A DNA stretch of 64,000 nt, from NCBI GenBank assembly GCA_051531975.1, contig JAOPTT010000011.1, positions 25,419-89,418 on the forward strand, in the 5' to 3' direction. The position numbers were made by a program, and so were the translations under genes. This document shows, in pieces, positions 9,399 through 19,804 of this stretch; positions within the stretch are counted from its first letter, which is position 1; each line of letters starts with the position of its first letter. The notes under the pieces were generated by a model, which saw only the letters and a program-made list of their open reading frames with translations, did not search any database and was not told the origin of the DNA. The DNA comes from Spirochaetaceae bacterium. Its GTDB lineage: Bacteria > Spirochaetota > Spirochaetia > DSM-2461.

Positions 9399-10352
9399 CT
9401 ATAGTGTTATATGTGTTCCTGTACCGTTAAAAAATGCTTCAGCTAAATTATCTGGATCTGTAATTATTACTTCTTTCCCTCCATGTTTAAGGAAATCTAA
9501 GGATGCTTCTATTTTTGGTAACATGCTTCCCTTTGCAAACTGGTTATCCTTTAGGTGTTTTTTTATTTCATCTATGTTTACATTTGATAGAGCTTTTTGT
9601 TCTGGAGTATTAAAATTTATTGCAACATTTTTAACTCCTGTTGAAACTATAAATGTATCTATATTTAAATTGGCAGCAAGAAGAGCAGAAGCTTTATCTT
9701 TATCTATAACAGCATCTATTCCTATTAGATTTCCTTCCTCTTCAATTACAGGTATACCACCACCTCCTGCAGCAATAATTACAAAATTATTACTAATTAA
9801 TGATTTTAATGCTTCAAGCTCAATTATTTTTACTGGCGTAGGGGATGCTACAACACGTCTATAACCCCGGCCTGAATCTTCTATTAAGTTCCAACTTGGA
9901 TTTGTTTTAATTAGATTTTTGTAATCCTGTTCTGAATAGAACTGCCCAATAGGTTTTGCTGGTTTTAAAAATGCTTCATCGTTTTTATCAACTAATACCT
10001 GAGTAATAATTGTTACTGCATTTTTTGTAATTTTTCTTTTTCTAAACTCATTATCTAAAGCCTGTTGTATCTGATAACCAATAGCACCTTGAGTATCTGC
10101 ATTACAGTTAACTAAAGGAACTGTATGCATGTGTTCAACCTGGTTAGCAATTTCAGAACGGTGTAGGATGAATCCTACTTGAGGTCCATTCCCATGGGTT
10201 ATAACTACATTGTGACCATCTTGTATCAGTTCTGCAATCTGATATGCTGTTTCGCATATTGCCTTATATTGATCGTCAACTAATTGATGTTTACTATCTT
10301 TAATTAGCGAGTTCCCACCTATGGCAATTAGGATTTTTTTCTTTTCCTTCAT
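9399..10352 (-). CDS. arcC: Carbamate kinase (ArcC/YqeA)
   Basis: IGGNSL, THGNGPQVG, KPIG, YRRVVASP, GGGGIPV, AVIDKD, GSMLPK. Confidence 0.95.
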   Translation of the reverse strand: MKEKKKILIAIGGNSLIKDSKHQLVDDQYKAICETAYQIAELIQDGHNVVITHGNGPQVGFILHRSEIANQVEHMHTVPLVNCNADTQGAIGYQIQQALDNEFRKRKITKNAVTIITQVLVDKNDEAFLKPAKPIGQFYSEQDYKNLIKTNPSWNLIEDSGRGYRRVVASPTPVKIIELEALKSLISNNFVIIAAGGGGIPVIEEEGNLIGIDAVIDKDKASALLAANLNIDTFIVSTGVKNVAINFNTPEQKALSNVNIDEIKKHLKDNQFAKGSMLPKIEASLDFLKHGGKEVIITDPDNLAEAFFNGTGTHITL

Positions 10353-10810
10353 TATATTTTTCCTCTATGTTTTGTTGATTGGTTTCTTAAATAAAAAATG
10401 GCTTCTAAAACTCCATCATACTTGCCATCAAATATAACCTCTCTTATAGAGGTTGAATCATCATGGTTTGTAGCTATAACTATATACGTATCTTTTTCTA
10501 TCTCTGCCTGGTTTATGGCTTTTACAAGGTCATTATCATAATAACATTTTCTTGCCATGGGGAACCGTTCCTTTGATACAAAATCCTTACGGTTTTCAAC
10601 AATCTGAATATCAAAATCAAATAAAGCCGCTGCTTTTGAGACGGCTAAATTTACATATCCTCCACCAATAGTTCCAATGATATTTCCATTTTGAAGAACT
10701 ATCATTTTAGCAGTACTTCTTGGTGATGAGCCCTTTTTTTCAGTAATAGTTGTTATAGCAAAAGGGACATTTTTTTCCTGAAGTTCAGTAGTTTCTTTAA
10801 ATATATTCAT
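10352..10810 (-). pseudogene. yqeB: Internally deleted yqeB/XdhC-family Mo-hydroxylase accessory gene (open frame, 152 aa)
   Basis: N-terminus MNIFKETTELQEKNVPFA...GTIGGG is joined directly to YVNLAV...IVIATN, then to FDG and the C-terminal GVLEAIFYL. The intervening XdhC and YqeB regions are absent. Confidence 0.7.
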
Positions 10811-13675
10811 CTATATTTTACCTAGAGCTTTTAATATATTCTCAGGAGAGAATGGCCATTTTCTTAGCCAGATTCCAATTGCATCATGTATCGCAATAGC
10901 AATTACGGCAGCAGCACCATTTGTACTGATCTCTGCGACGGATTTTGCACCATAAGGACCAAATGGGTCGACCGTGAATACCAATTCTGCTCTGAAATCA
11001 TCAGGGAGATCGTTTATCATTGGTACTTTATAATCCAATAGATTTGCATTAAGACAGTTACCTTCACTATCTAATATCATCTCTTCCCACAAAGAGTGGC
11101 CAATTGATTTTAATACACCACCATATATCTGTCCCTGGGCTAATTCTGGATTAATCGGGGTTCCACAATCCTGTAGGGCATAATATTTTTGAATATTAAG
11201 ATGTCCTGTCCTTATGTTAACCTCAATCTGACAAAAATGTGCACCGTATGGGAATGCGGCATCATCTGTTGTGTAACCTGCAGTTGCTATTAATTGCCCA
11301 ATTCCTTCTCCGCTTTGGGTTTCAGCTGCTATCTGGGCAAATGTAACACTGGAGTTTTTACCTTGAACCATATCAGGATAAACGACACTAAGCTGTGAAC
11401 TATTTTCCTTAAGCATAACCGCTGCAATTTCAAGTATCTTCTCTTTCATGACACCAGCACATTTTAAAACTGCGTTCCCTGTAAAAAAGGTTCCACTAGA
11501 TGCATATGCTCCGGTATCGAAAGGTGTTGTATCGGTATCTCCAGAAAATATAGAGACTCTGTCCATATCTGTACAAAGACACTCAGCTGCAAGTTTTACA
11601 GCTACAGTATCCAAACCTGTTCCTATATCCGCTCCACCGGTACTGACCATAAAAGTGCCGTCTCCCAGCATTTTAATAATAGCGTTAGAGGAATCAAGCC
11701 CGGGCAGGCCTGAGCCCTGTTGCACAATTACAACACCCTTACCAATGAATGTATCTGGATTTTTACTATCTACTTTCACACCCCAATTTATCATCTCTTT
11801 ACCCTGAGTTATAGCAGGTTCCAATCCGCAGCTAACTACACGTTGCGCTGTGCCTTCCCGTCCTTCGCCTAAACAGCGAAGTATTTCAAGCATATCCCCT
11901 TCATGAACTCTGTTTTTTTCAATTATATCCAACTGACCCATATTTAGTTCGTCAGCAAGTTCGGCCATAGCTGATTGCATTGCAAAAGAACCTTTAGGAG
12001 CTCCATATCCTTGGTATGCACCTGTTGGTGGTATATTGGAATAATATGTTTTAACATCAAATTTAAAGTTATCACATAAAAATAGAGGAAGTGATTTAGC
12101 ACAGGCGTTCATTGGAACAGTCAGACAATGAGAACCATAAGGACCAGTATTGGCTAAAACGCTCATATGTACAGCAGTTAGTTTACCGTCTTTTTTAGCA
12201 CCTAGTTTTACTCCAATTTTCATTGGAAAACGGGTCCTTGAAGCTATAAATTCCTCTTTTCTTGTAAATCTAAAAAAAATGGATCTACCAGTTACATATG
12301 TTAAATAAGCACAAACTTCTTCTAAAACAATATCTTGTTTTGCTCCAAAGCCCCCGCCAACTCTCTCTTTAATTACACGTATTTTATTTTCACTGATACC
12401 AAGAACATAGGCTACTATTCTTCTTAAGTGATATGGTACCTGAGTTGAAGCGTGAATTATTAGGCGTTCCCCATCCATCTTTGAATAAACAACATGAGGC
12501 TCTAAAGGAGTACACTGGATCTGAGTAGTTTCATATTCCCTTTCAAGTATTACATCTGCCTCAGCAAAACCTTTATTTATATCACCAATACCACCATCTA
12601 CACTTGCTGCAATATTTTCTCTTGGTTTTGCACCAATAGGGAATTGATAAATTATTTTACCTTCCCTTGGATCAATATTGGAATTATCAAGATCTGTAGG
12701 GGCACCATTTTCATATTGAATATAGCTGTTGTGCAGAATAGGAGCGTCTTTTTTTCTCGCTTCATCTATAGTAAATACTGGCTTTATTAACTCATACTCT
12801 ACCTTAATTTTACCAATAGCGGTTTTACAAATTTCCATAGACTCAGCTACTACTGCTGCGACTCTATCTCCAACATGAAGTACTTTATCCCCAATCATCT
12901 TCCTATCATAAGGGGATGGTTCGGGAAAACCCTGACCAGCCTGGTTATAATAGATATCAGGACAATTTTTGTGGGTCAAAATATAGACTACTCCAGGTAT
13001 CTTCTCTGCCTCGGTTACATCAATATTTTTTATATAGGCATGTGCGTGGGGACTTCTTAGCATTTTAAGGAAACAGCTTCCAGCTTCTACCATATCTTCA
13101 ACAAAAGCTTTTTCACCTTTTACTAATTTGACGCCATCCACCTTTCCTTTTGCCTTTCCAACAAATTTCAGATCTTCTCTAAACTCAGGTGCAACTTTTT
13201 CCATATAGATTGGATTTGTTCTTCTTTTTGCTGCTATAGCAACTGCTTTAAAAATCTGCTGATAACCTGTGCAGCGACAAAAATTTCCGGAAAGTGCATC
13301 TTTTATATCATTTTCTGTGGGACTCGGAATCCTATCCAGCAAGTCCCTAATAGCCAGTGCCATTGCAGGTGAACAATATCCACATTGTACAATTCCAGCA
13401 TCCACCATTGCTGATTGAATAGCTGAAAACTCCCTGTTTTTAGAAAGATATTCAACTGTCCAGATATTTTTATCCTCAATTTGACTTGGCACTAAGAGAC
13501 ATGAGTTTACAGTTTTTTTATCCATAATAATTGAACAAGCACCACAGGAACCCTGACCATTACACCCATTTCGTACAGAAAATATTCCTTCCCTCTGTAA
13601 AAGAGTTCGTACGCTATCGCCGGGTATGGCATAAAATGATTTAGGAACATCGTTTAATACAAAATTGATTTTCAT
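10811..13675 (-). CDS. xdhD: Xanthine dehydrogenase-family molybdoenzyme, fused 2Fe-2S and Mo-binding subunit (XdhD-like)
   Basis: GCNGQGSCGAC, QCGYC, NFCRCTGY, VGGGFGAK, GAYQGYGAP, PFDTGAYASSGT, DPFGPYGAKS. Confidence 0.88.
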   Translation of the reverse strand: MKINFVLNDVPKSFYAIPGDSVRTLLQREGIFSVRNGCNGQGSCGACSIIMDKKTVNSCLLVPSQIEDKNIWTVEYLSKNREFSAIQSAMVDAGIVQCGYCSPAMALAIRDLLDRIPSPTENDIKDALSGNFCRCTGYQQIFKAVAIAAKRRTNPIYMEKVAPEFREDLKFVGKAKGKVDGVKLVKGEKAFVEDMVEAGSCFLKMLRSPHAHAYIKNIDVTEAEKIPGVVYILTHKNCPDIYYNQAGQGFPEPSPYDRKMIGDKVLHVGDRVAAVVAESMEICKTAIGKIKVEYELIKPVFTIDEARKKDAPILHNSYIQYENGAPTDLDNSNIDPREGKIIYQFPIGAKPRENIAASVDGGIGDINKGFAEADVILEREYETTQIQCTPLEPHVVYSKMDGERLIIHASTQVPYHLRRIVAYVLGISENKIRVIKERVGGGFGAKQDIVLEEVCAYLTYVTGRSIFFRFTRKEEFIASRTRFPMKIGVKLGAKKDGKLTAVHMSVLANTGPYGSHCLTVPMNACAKSLPLFLCDNFKFDVKTYYSNIPPTGAYQGYGAPKGSFAMQSAMAELADELNMGQLDIIEKNRVHEGDMLEILRCLGEGREGTAQRVVSCGLEPAITQGKEMINWGVKVDSKNPDTFIGKGVVIVQQGSGLPGLDSSNAIIKMLGDGTFMVSTGGADIGTGLDTVAVKLAAECLCTDMDRVSIFSGDTDTTPFDTGAYASSGTFFTGNAVLKCAGVMKEKILEIAAVMLKENSSQLSVVYPDMVQGKNSSVTFAQIAAETQSGEGIGQLIATAGYTTDDAAFPYGAHFCQIEVNIRTGHLNIQKYYALQDCGTPINPELAQGQIYGGVLKSIGHSLWEEMILDSEGNCLNANLLDYKVPMINDLPDDFRAELVFTVDPFGPYGAKSVAEISTNGAAAVIAIAIHDAIGIWLRKWPFSPENILKALGKI

Positions 13676-14484
13676 TTTCCCTCCAGGTTATAAGCTGAAT
13701 AAAAACAATCACAAACCATAACACCTGTCAGATGAGTTTTAAATTTGGCACTTCCTCGTATGTCATCTATTGGATTTATCTGCTTTTGTATTAGTGCTTC
13801 CAGGTCTTCTTTAGATGGTAAATTATCACCATTTAATATATCTTCTAATCCCCTAAGACGTACAACATGTTTGTCTACTCCACCTACAGCCACTATGATG
13901 CCACTTAGTTTTTCTGACTTTTTGGTAAAACTAACTGCGACATTTAAAATTGCAATATCATTAGCGGTCCGGGTAAAATGATCTAGAGCTGTTAATCTCT
14001 GTTTCTGATTTGGGATTACAATAAACAATATTAATTCATCTTCTGTACTATTTATAAAATCAATAATATCTATTAATTTTTCTCCATTTGGTAAAGAGAC
14101 TTTTAATTTTGCCTTTAATGATATTAAAATAGGGATAAGATTAGAACATGATCTGTTTACACCAATATTACCACCGATAGTGGCCATATTCCTAATATTT
14201 CTATTAGTCATATATTTTGATGCGGTTTTAACAGATATTGGTACTATCTCAGAATCAATTAGTTGTTGTAAAGTTACAGCACTTCCAATTATAAGTTCTT
14301 GCTGTTTCATTTCAATTTTGTTCAGACCAAGCAGCTCTAAACTAATCGCTTGCTTCTTCTGAATATTGTGGTCCGTCGAATTTATTTCAGTACCACCTGC
14401 AAAAAAAAGAGCTGTGTCTTTAAACTTATCTTTTAGCTTTACTGCTTCAGATATTGTTGTCGCTTTAAAAAACTGTTCTATCAT
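13672..14484 (-). CDS. ygfM: Molybdoenzyme FAD-binding subunit (YgfM-like)
   Basis: MIEQFF, FAGGTE, IRNMATIGGN, DDIRGSA; 4-bp overlap with xdhD. Confidence 0.85.
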   Translation of the reverse strand: MIEQFFKATTISEAVKLKDKFKDTALFFAGGTEINSTDHNIQKKQAISLELLGLNKIEMKQQELIIGSAVTLQQLIDSEIVPISVKTASKYMTNRNIRNMATIGGNIGVNRSCSNLIPILISLKAKLKVSLPNGEKLIDIIDFINSTEDELILFIVIPNQKQRLTALDHFTRTANDIAILNVAVSFTKKSEKLSGIIVAVGGVDKHVVRLRGLEDILNGDNLPSKEDLEALIQKQINPIDDIRGSAKFKTHLTGVMVCDCFYSAYNLEGK

Positions 14485-14587
14485 TTAATCCCTCCTGATA
14501 AGAGAAAATCAGTTAATAATTTAATATCAATTAGTCCCTAATATAATTTTAATTAATATTACTAGGAATTGCACATTTTATTTATAG

Positions 14588-15955
14588 TTATAAATCTTTC
14601 ATCATTTTAGTTGCAATTTTATTAGCATTTGTAATAATTTCATCCTCATCAATACCACATAATTTACCATCCTCTACAACAATTTTTCCATTAACTATTG
14701 TATATTTAGTTTGGTGATTATTACCGGCAAATATAAGTGCAGCAAGTGGATCAGATAGTGTTCCTACATATTCTAATTTATTCAAATCAAAAATTGCCAA
14801 ATCCGCAGCCATTCCTTCTTCGATCTTTCCTATGGAATCAAAACCAAGCAGTTTCGCACCATTTTTTGTTGCTAAACCTATAGCTTCCCGGGCAGTTAGA
14901 CCATCAGCTCCATACTTAACTCTTTGCAGAAGTAGAGCAGTTCGTATTTCCCCTAAAAAGTCCGATGTATCGTTTGATGCAGAACCATCAACACCAAGGC
15001 CGACATTTATTCCAAGTTTTAACATCTCATTTACCCGGGCAATTCCAGAACCTAGACGCATATTTGAAGAAGGGCAGTGGGCAATGGATGTTTTTGTCTT
15101 TGCGAGCAGATTTAGTTCGTCATCATTAAAAAATATCCCGTGGGCATACGATACATCTTCACCGATGAAACCACATTCTTCCATTATTGCAAGTGGTCTT
15201 TTTCCTAAAGAATTAATACAATAATCATTTTCATCACTAGTTTCTGCTAAGTGGGTATGTAGTCTAACTCCATAATTACGAGCCAATTTAACAGATTGTG
15301 TCATAAGATCTTTAGTAATAGAAAAAGGACTACAAGGTGCAAGTAATATTCGTTTCATGGAGAAGTCACTACTATCATGATACTTCTCGATTACTCTTTG
15401 GCTGTCTTTAAGTATTTCATCATCTGTTTGCACAACAGAGTCTGGAGGCAATCCTCCATCCTTTTTGCTAAGGGACATTGACCCCCGTGTTGGAGAAAAT
15501 CGAATTCCTAATTTATCCGCAGCTTCAAACTGAATACCCATTAGATCACCTTTAAAACCTGCAGGATACAGATAATGATGGTCTGTTGTACATGTGCAGC
15601 CAGTTTTTAGAAGTTCTCCCATTGCTACTAAAGATGAATAATAAACAGCATCTTCATCTAGATGTTTCCAGACCTCATACAGATATATTAGCCAATCAAA
15701 AAGCTTAGCATTTTGTACTGCTGGAATGTTACGGGTCAAAGTTTGAAAAAAGTGATGATGTGTATTAACAAAACCTGGAACTACTACACATGTAGAGCAA
15801 TCTATAATTTTAACATCACTACTATTAAATTTACTAACACCAATTTCTTTAGCTATCTTTTTTATTTTGTTGCCTTCTATTAATATATCACTTCCTTTAT
15901 TTCCATCTGTATCATTTGAAGTTGATATATATAGACAGTTTTTTAGTAATATCAT
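14588..15955 (-). CDS. 8-oxoguanine deaminase-like amidohydrolase (AtzB/TRZ family)
   Basis: NTHHHFFQTLTR, TDHHY, LAPCSPFS, HTHLAET, HCPSSNMRLGSG, GVDGSASND. Confidence 0.85.
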   Translation of the reverse strand: MILLKNCLYISTSNDTDGNKGSDILIEGNKIKKIAKEIGVSKFNSSDVKIIDCSTCVVVPGFVNTHHHFFQTLTRNIPAVQNAKLFDWLIYLYEVWKHLDEDAVYYSSLVAMGELLKTGCTCTTDHHYLYPAGFKGDLMGIQFEAADKLGIRFSPTRGSMSLSKKDGGLPPDSVVQTDDEILKDSQRVIEKYHDSSDFSMKRILLAPCSPFSITKDLMTQSVKLARNYGVRLHTHLAETSDENDYCINSLGKRPLAIMEECGFIGEDVSYAHGIFFNDDELNLLAKTKTSIAHCPSSNMRLGSGIARVNEMLKLGINVGLGVDGSASNDTSDFLGEIRTALLLQRVKYGADGLTAREAIGLATKNGAKLLGFDSIGKIEEGMAADLAIFDLNKLEYVGTLSDPLAALIFAGNNHQTKYTIVNGKIVVEDGKLCGIDEDEIITNANKIATKMMKDL

Positions 15956-17412
15956 AATGCTGCTACACGTTTATTAAAATCTATGATAAGTTCATCAATT
16001 TTAGGTGTCAGTTTATAAATATCTGTCCAATAATTTCTGTCATACCATTGTGCGTTTATTTCATCATATGTTTTACCTTGCTGTTCAACCCAGGTATAAT
16101 ACTTTAGATTGTGGATACGCTTTTTATCTAAATAGGAGAGTTCAAGTAAATTATCAGTAGTTAACTGTGTTATTAGATCATAATCCCTAATGGCATCTTC
16201 TCTGGTATACTTACCTCTTTCCTCAGTTAGTTCATCTAAACGAGACTGATACATTTCACAGGAGTCTGTAAAGACTGTCATAACAACATCATCTTCTGTT
16301 AATTCATAATATTTAGCAAATTTTATAGCTGATATAAGGTTCCCGATACCTGAGACACCCATGAGTCCAAGGTTGTCTAACAGATTTTTATCAATACCCT
16401 GTTCTGCAAGATATTCCCTTCCTACACCATCGTTAAATAGTCTCAACAATCTGATAGCATGCTCATCATCTACTGCTATTACCATATCTGTATTTCGTAC
16501 ATTATGAATCCATGGGACATGTTTATCACCGATACCTTCAATCCGATGCCCACCAAAACCGTTGTTAAGTAGGGTAGGACATTGCAGAGCTTCACTTACC
16601 GCTAATTTTGCAAAAGGGAATACTGTTTTTAAATATTCACCACTGGCTAAAGTTCCTCCAGAACCTGAAGCTAGACAAGTCCCTGCAAATCTACCTTTTG
16701 GACCCATAATTTTTTTAATAACTTTTTCCATGGCATTTCCGGTAACTTCATGATGCCATAGATGATTTCCAAACTGTTCAAACTGATTATAGAAAAAAAG
16801 TGAATCTCCTCTGGTTTCTTTTAATTCCTTACATTTGTCAAATATTTCTTTTACATTACTTTCACAACCTGGTGTTGCAATAGTTTCACCTGCAATATCA
16901 GCAAGCCAATTAAACCTTTCTTTTGACATTTCTTCCGGTAGAATTGCAATTGAATCACAGCCTAATAATCTTGAAATATATGCACCACCACGACAATAAT
17001 TTCCCGTGGAAGGCCAGACTGCCTTATGTTTATCCGGATTAAATTGTCCTGTTACTAAGGTAGGGGCAATACATCCATAACTAGCACCAACTTTATGTGC
17101 TCCAGTTGGAAACCATTTACCAACCAAGGCCACAATACGTGCCTTAACACCGGTTAATTCCGATGGTAGTTCCATGTAGTTTACATCGCCATACTGACCA
17201 CCTTCTTTTTTAGGTTCATTATGCCAGTTTACTCTAAATAGATTTTTGGAATGAATATCCCAGAGACCTATACCTTTTAGTTCATCTTGTATATTTTGGG
17301 GTATGGTTTCAGGATTCTTCATCTGTTCGAATGTGGGAAGTATTATTCCCTGTTCTTTACACTGCCTTGCCGTTTTTTCAATCTGCTCTTCGTTCATAGT
17401 TAAATCAATCAT
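15952..17412 (-). CDS. Uncharacterised fold-type II (beta family) PLP-dependent enzyme
   Basis: FPTGAHKVGA (PLP lysine), WPSTGNY, GSGGT, HRIEGIGDKH; not recognisable as canonical DpaL. Confidence 0.8.
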   Translation of the reverse strand: MIDLTMNEEQIEKTARQCKEQGIILPTFEQMKNPETIPQNIQDELKGIGLWDIHSKNLFRVNWHNEPKKEGGQYGDVNYMELPSELTGVKARIVALVGKWFPTGAHKVGASYGCIAPTLVTGQFNPDKHKAVWPSTGNYCRGGAYISRLLGCDSIAILPEEMSKERFNWLADIAGETIATPGCESNVKEIFDKCKELKETRGDSLFFYNQFEQFGNHLWHHEVTGNAMEKVIKKIMGPKGRFAGTCLASGSGGTLASGEYLKTVFPFAKLAVSEALQCPTLLNNGFGGHRIEGIGDKHVPWIHNVRNTDMVIAVDDEHAIRLLRLFNDGVGREYLAEQGIDKNLLDNLGLMGVSGIGNLISAIKFAKYYELTEDDVVMTVFTDSCEMYQSRLDELTEERGKYTREDAIRDYDLITQLTTDNLLELSYLDKKRIHNLKYYTWVEQQGKTYDEINAQWYDRNYWTDIYKLTPKIDELIIDFNKRVAAL

Positions 17413-18569
17413 TTTTCCTCCAAAATATTTTGTTGTAATCCCTTTGTGGCTGCTGATATATCTTTTAATCCGTTTCCAGTTATTAACAATACAATTGTCC
17501 CAGTAACGGGAAGACTATTTCTTTCCTTTAAAAACCCTGCATATGAAGATGCTGCAGCAGGTTCTGCAAAGAGGCCTCCAAGTGATGCCATCTCTTTTTG
17601 TGCATTAAGTATCTGTTCATCTGATACTGTTATAACTTTACCGTTGTATTTTTTAAGCATTTTTAATGCATAATATCCACCTCGGGGAATATCAACGGAA
17701 ATTGAGTCTGCAATAGTTGATGAGCTTATAGGGTTATCAAAGTTTCCTGTTTTAAGGGCAGTATAGATGGCACTACTACCTTCTGCCTGAACACCATAAA
17801 CAGTAGGAACTTTTTCTATGAACCCAAGTTGTTTTAAATCTGCAAAACCCTTATAGATTCCACTTATAATTACTCCATCTCCAACAGGGACAAAAAGATA
17901 ATCTGGAGCTTTTTGTAGCTGCTTAAATATTTCCAGTGCTACTGTCTTTTTTCCCTCTATTGTCATTGGATTGAAGGCAGTATTACGATTTAATCCACCT
18001 TCTTTTTTGGAATACTCTAATGAAAGGTCAAAAGCCATGTCATAATTCCCATCGACTTTTACAACTTCAGCACCATATTGTAACGCCTGAATTATCTTGG
18101 CCTGGGGAGCGGATTTAGGTAGAAAAAGTTTTATTTTTAGCCCGGCAGCAGCTCCTACACCAGACATAGAGGAGCCTGCATTACCTGTAGAAGCTAAAAC
18201 AATTTTGCTTATTTTATGTTTAATAGCAAATGCTGCAACTAAATATGAAGCTCTATCTTTTAAGGAGCCCGTAGGATTTAGTGAATCATCTTTGATAAAA
18301 AGCCCATTAAATCCTGTCTTCTTACGTATTCGCTCCGGCTCCCATAAAGGAGTATTCCCCACTGGTATTGCTGGAAAATACTTCTTCTCAACAGGAAGTA
18401 GTTCATGAATATCTAAGCCACCTTCTATAATACCTGTTAACTTAACTTCTAAAATTCCCCGTAATGGTTCAGTATTTTTTTGAAGTAATGAACACTTTTT
18501 ACAAAGCATTATATCGGGAGTTATTTCATATTCTTTTCCACATTCACTGCAAATATAGCTAAACTTCAT
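17409..18569 (-). CDS. Threonine synthase-like PLP enzyme
   Basis: N-terminal CxxC..CxxC, GNTPL, NPTGSLKDRA, ASTGNAG, EGKKT, VPVGDG, AEPAAA, ITGNGLKD. Confidence 0.85.
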   Translation of the reverse strand: MKFSYICSECGKEYEITPDIMLCKKCSLLQKNTEPLRGILEVKLTGIIEGGLDIHELLPVEKKYFPAIPVGNTPLWEPERIRKKTGFNGLFIKDDSLNPTGSLKDRASYLVAAFAIKHKISKIVLASTGNAGSSMSGVGAAAGLKIKLFLPKSAPQAKIIQALQYGAEVVKVDGNYDMAFDLSLEYSKKEGGLNRNTAFNPMTIEGKKTVALEIFKQLQKAPDYLFVPVGDGVIISGIYKGFADLKQLGFIEKVPTVYGVQAEGSSAIYTALKTGNFDNPISSSTIADSISVDIPRGGYYALKMLKKYNGKVITVSDEQILNAQKEMASLGGLFAEPAAASSYAGFLKERNSLPVTGTIVLLITGNGLKDISAATKGLQQNILEEK

Positions 18570-18571
18570 GT

Positions 18572-19789
18572 TTACTTTTCATCCAATATATAAGGCAACA
18601 TTGCATAAAATGCTGCACAAATCTTTAAATCTTCTACTCGATTTATTTCATTTGGAGCATGAGCTTGATCCTCATCTCCTGGGCCAAATCCTACAGCTGG
18701 AATTTTATGTCTTCCTGTTGTTGCAACTAAGTTTGTAGAAAAGGTCCATTTATCAACAATGGGTTTTTTACCAAAAAGTTTTTCATAGGCTACTACTCCG
18801 GCCAAAACAAGAGGGTGGTCCTGATTAACTTTCCAGGTTGGGAAATATAACTCCTGACCATATTCTTTACCTCTATAACCTTTTTTATTAAAATCTGGCA
18901 TATAAACTTCGATCTTATCCTCATCTTCCCCGGTTGCTTCTGCCATATATTTTTTAACCTGTGAGATTGCAAGTTTATCGTCCTCTCCCCAGGTTAATCG
19001 TCTATCCATATAAATCGTGGCCTGATCAGGTACTGCGCACTGAGAAGGTCCCTTAACGTCTATTTTAGAAACAACTATTGTACCCTTTCCTAAAAAGTTA
19101 TCATCATCAGGTTTAAGATCTTCGTTTAACTTTTCTATTGCTAATACAGCTTTAGCAGCTTTATAGCCAGCATTTACACCACGTTCTGGAGCTGACCCAT
19201 GGGAAGAGACACCCTTTAATTTTGCCTCTATTTCCATTCTACCTCGATGACCTCTATACAGATTACAACTTGTAGGTTCTGTGGAAACAACTAGATCTGG
19301 TTTAAGATTTTCCTCTTCTATTAAATATTTCCAGCACATACCATCACAATCTTCTTCTAGAACAGTAAAGGTAAAATAGATAGTATAATTACCTGTATAA
19401 TCCAATTCTTTAAGGATACGACCGGCAGTAATCATTGAGGCTGCTCCACCCTTTTGATCCGAAGCTCCACGTCCATGAACAATTCCGTCTTTAATTAGGC
19501 CTGAAAATGGGTCTAGGTCCCACTGGTTTATATCACCTTTCTCAACAGTATCAATATGGGCATCAAATGCGATTGATTTAGGACCGCTGCCTATTTTAGC
19601 TATAACACTTCCTAATCCATCAATTCTAACTTCATCAAAACCTGCCTCATTACAAAGCTCTACAATTTTTTTACAAACAGCCTCTTCCTGGCCACTGTAA
19701 GAACGAATTTTGATTAAGGATGAAAGATTTTCTGCAGTATAATCACTATACTCCACCGCTTTTTTTAAAATTTCTTCATTGATTACCAT
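18572..19789 (-). CDS. ygeY: YgeY family M20 metallohydrolase
   Basis: DAHIDTV, GRGASDQKGG, EEDCDG, GHRGRME, FLGKGT, DKWTFSTN, GFGPG..AHAPNE. Confidence 0.92.
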   Translation of the reverse strand: MVINEEILKKAVEYSDYTAENLSSLIKIRSYSGQEEAVCKKIVELCNEAGFDEVRIDGLGSVIAKIGSGPKSIAFDAHIDTVEKGDINQWDLDPFSGLIKDGIVHGRGASDQKGGAASMITAGRILKELDYTGNYTIYFTFTVLEEDCDGMCWKYLIEEENLKPDLVVSTEPTSCNLYRGHRGRMEIEAKLKGVSSHGSAPERGVNAGYKAAKAVLAIEKLNEDLKPDDDNFLGKGTIVVSKIDVKGPSQCAVPDQATIYMDRRLTWGEDDKLAISQVKKYMAEATGEDEDKIEVYMPDFNKKGYRGKEYGQELYFPTWKVNQDHPLVLAGVVAYEKLFGKKPIVDKWTFSTNLVATTGRHKIPAVGFGPGDEDQAHAPNEINRVEDLKICAAFYAMLPYILDEK

Positions 19790-19804
19790 ATTAAATTGCT
19801 CCTT

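Noticed and set aside
9229..9864. 211-aa plus-strand ORF and the many other short antisense ORFs in the track
   Set aside because: They lie opposite well-supported genes and have no RBS or motifs
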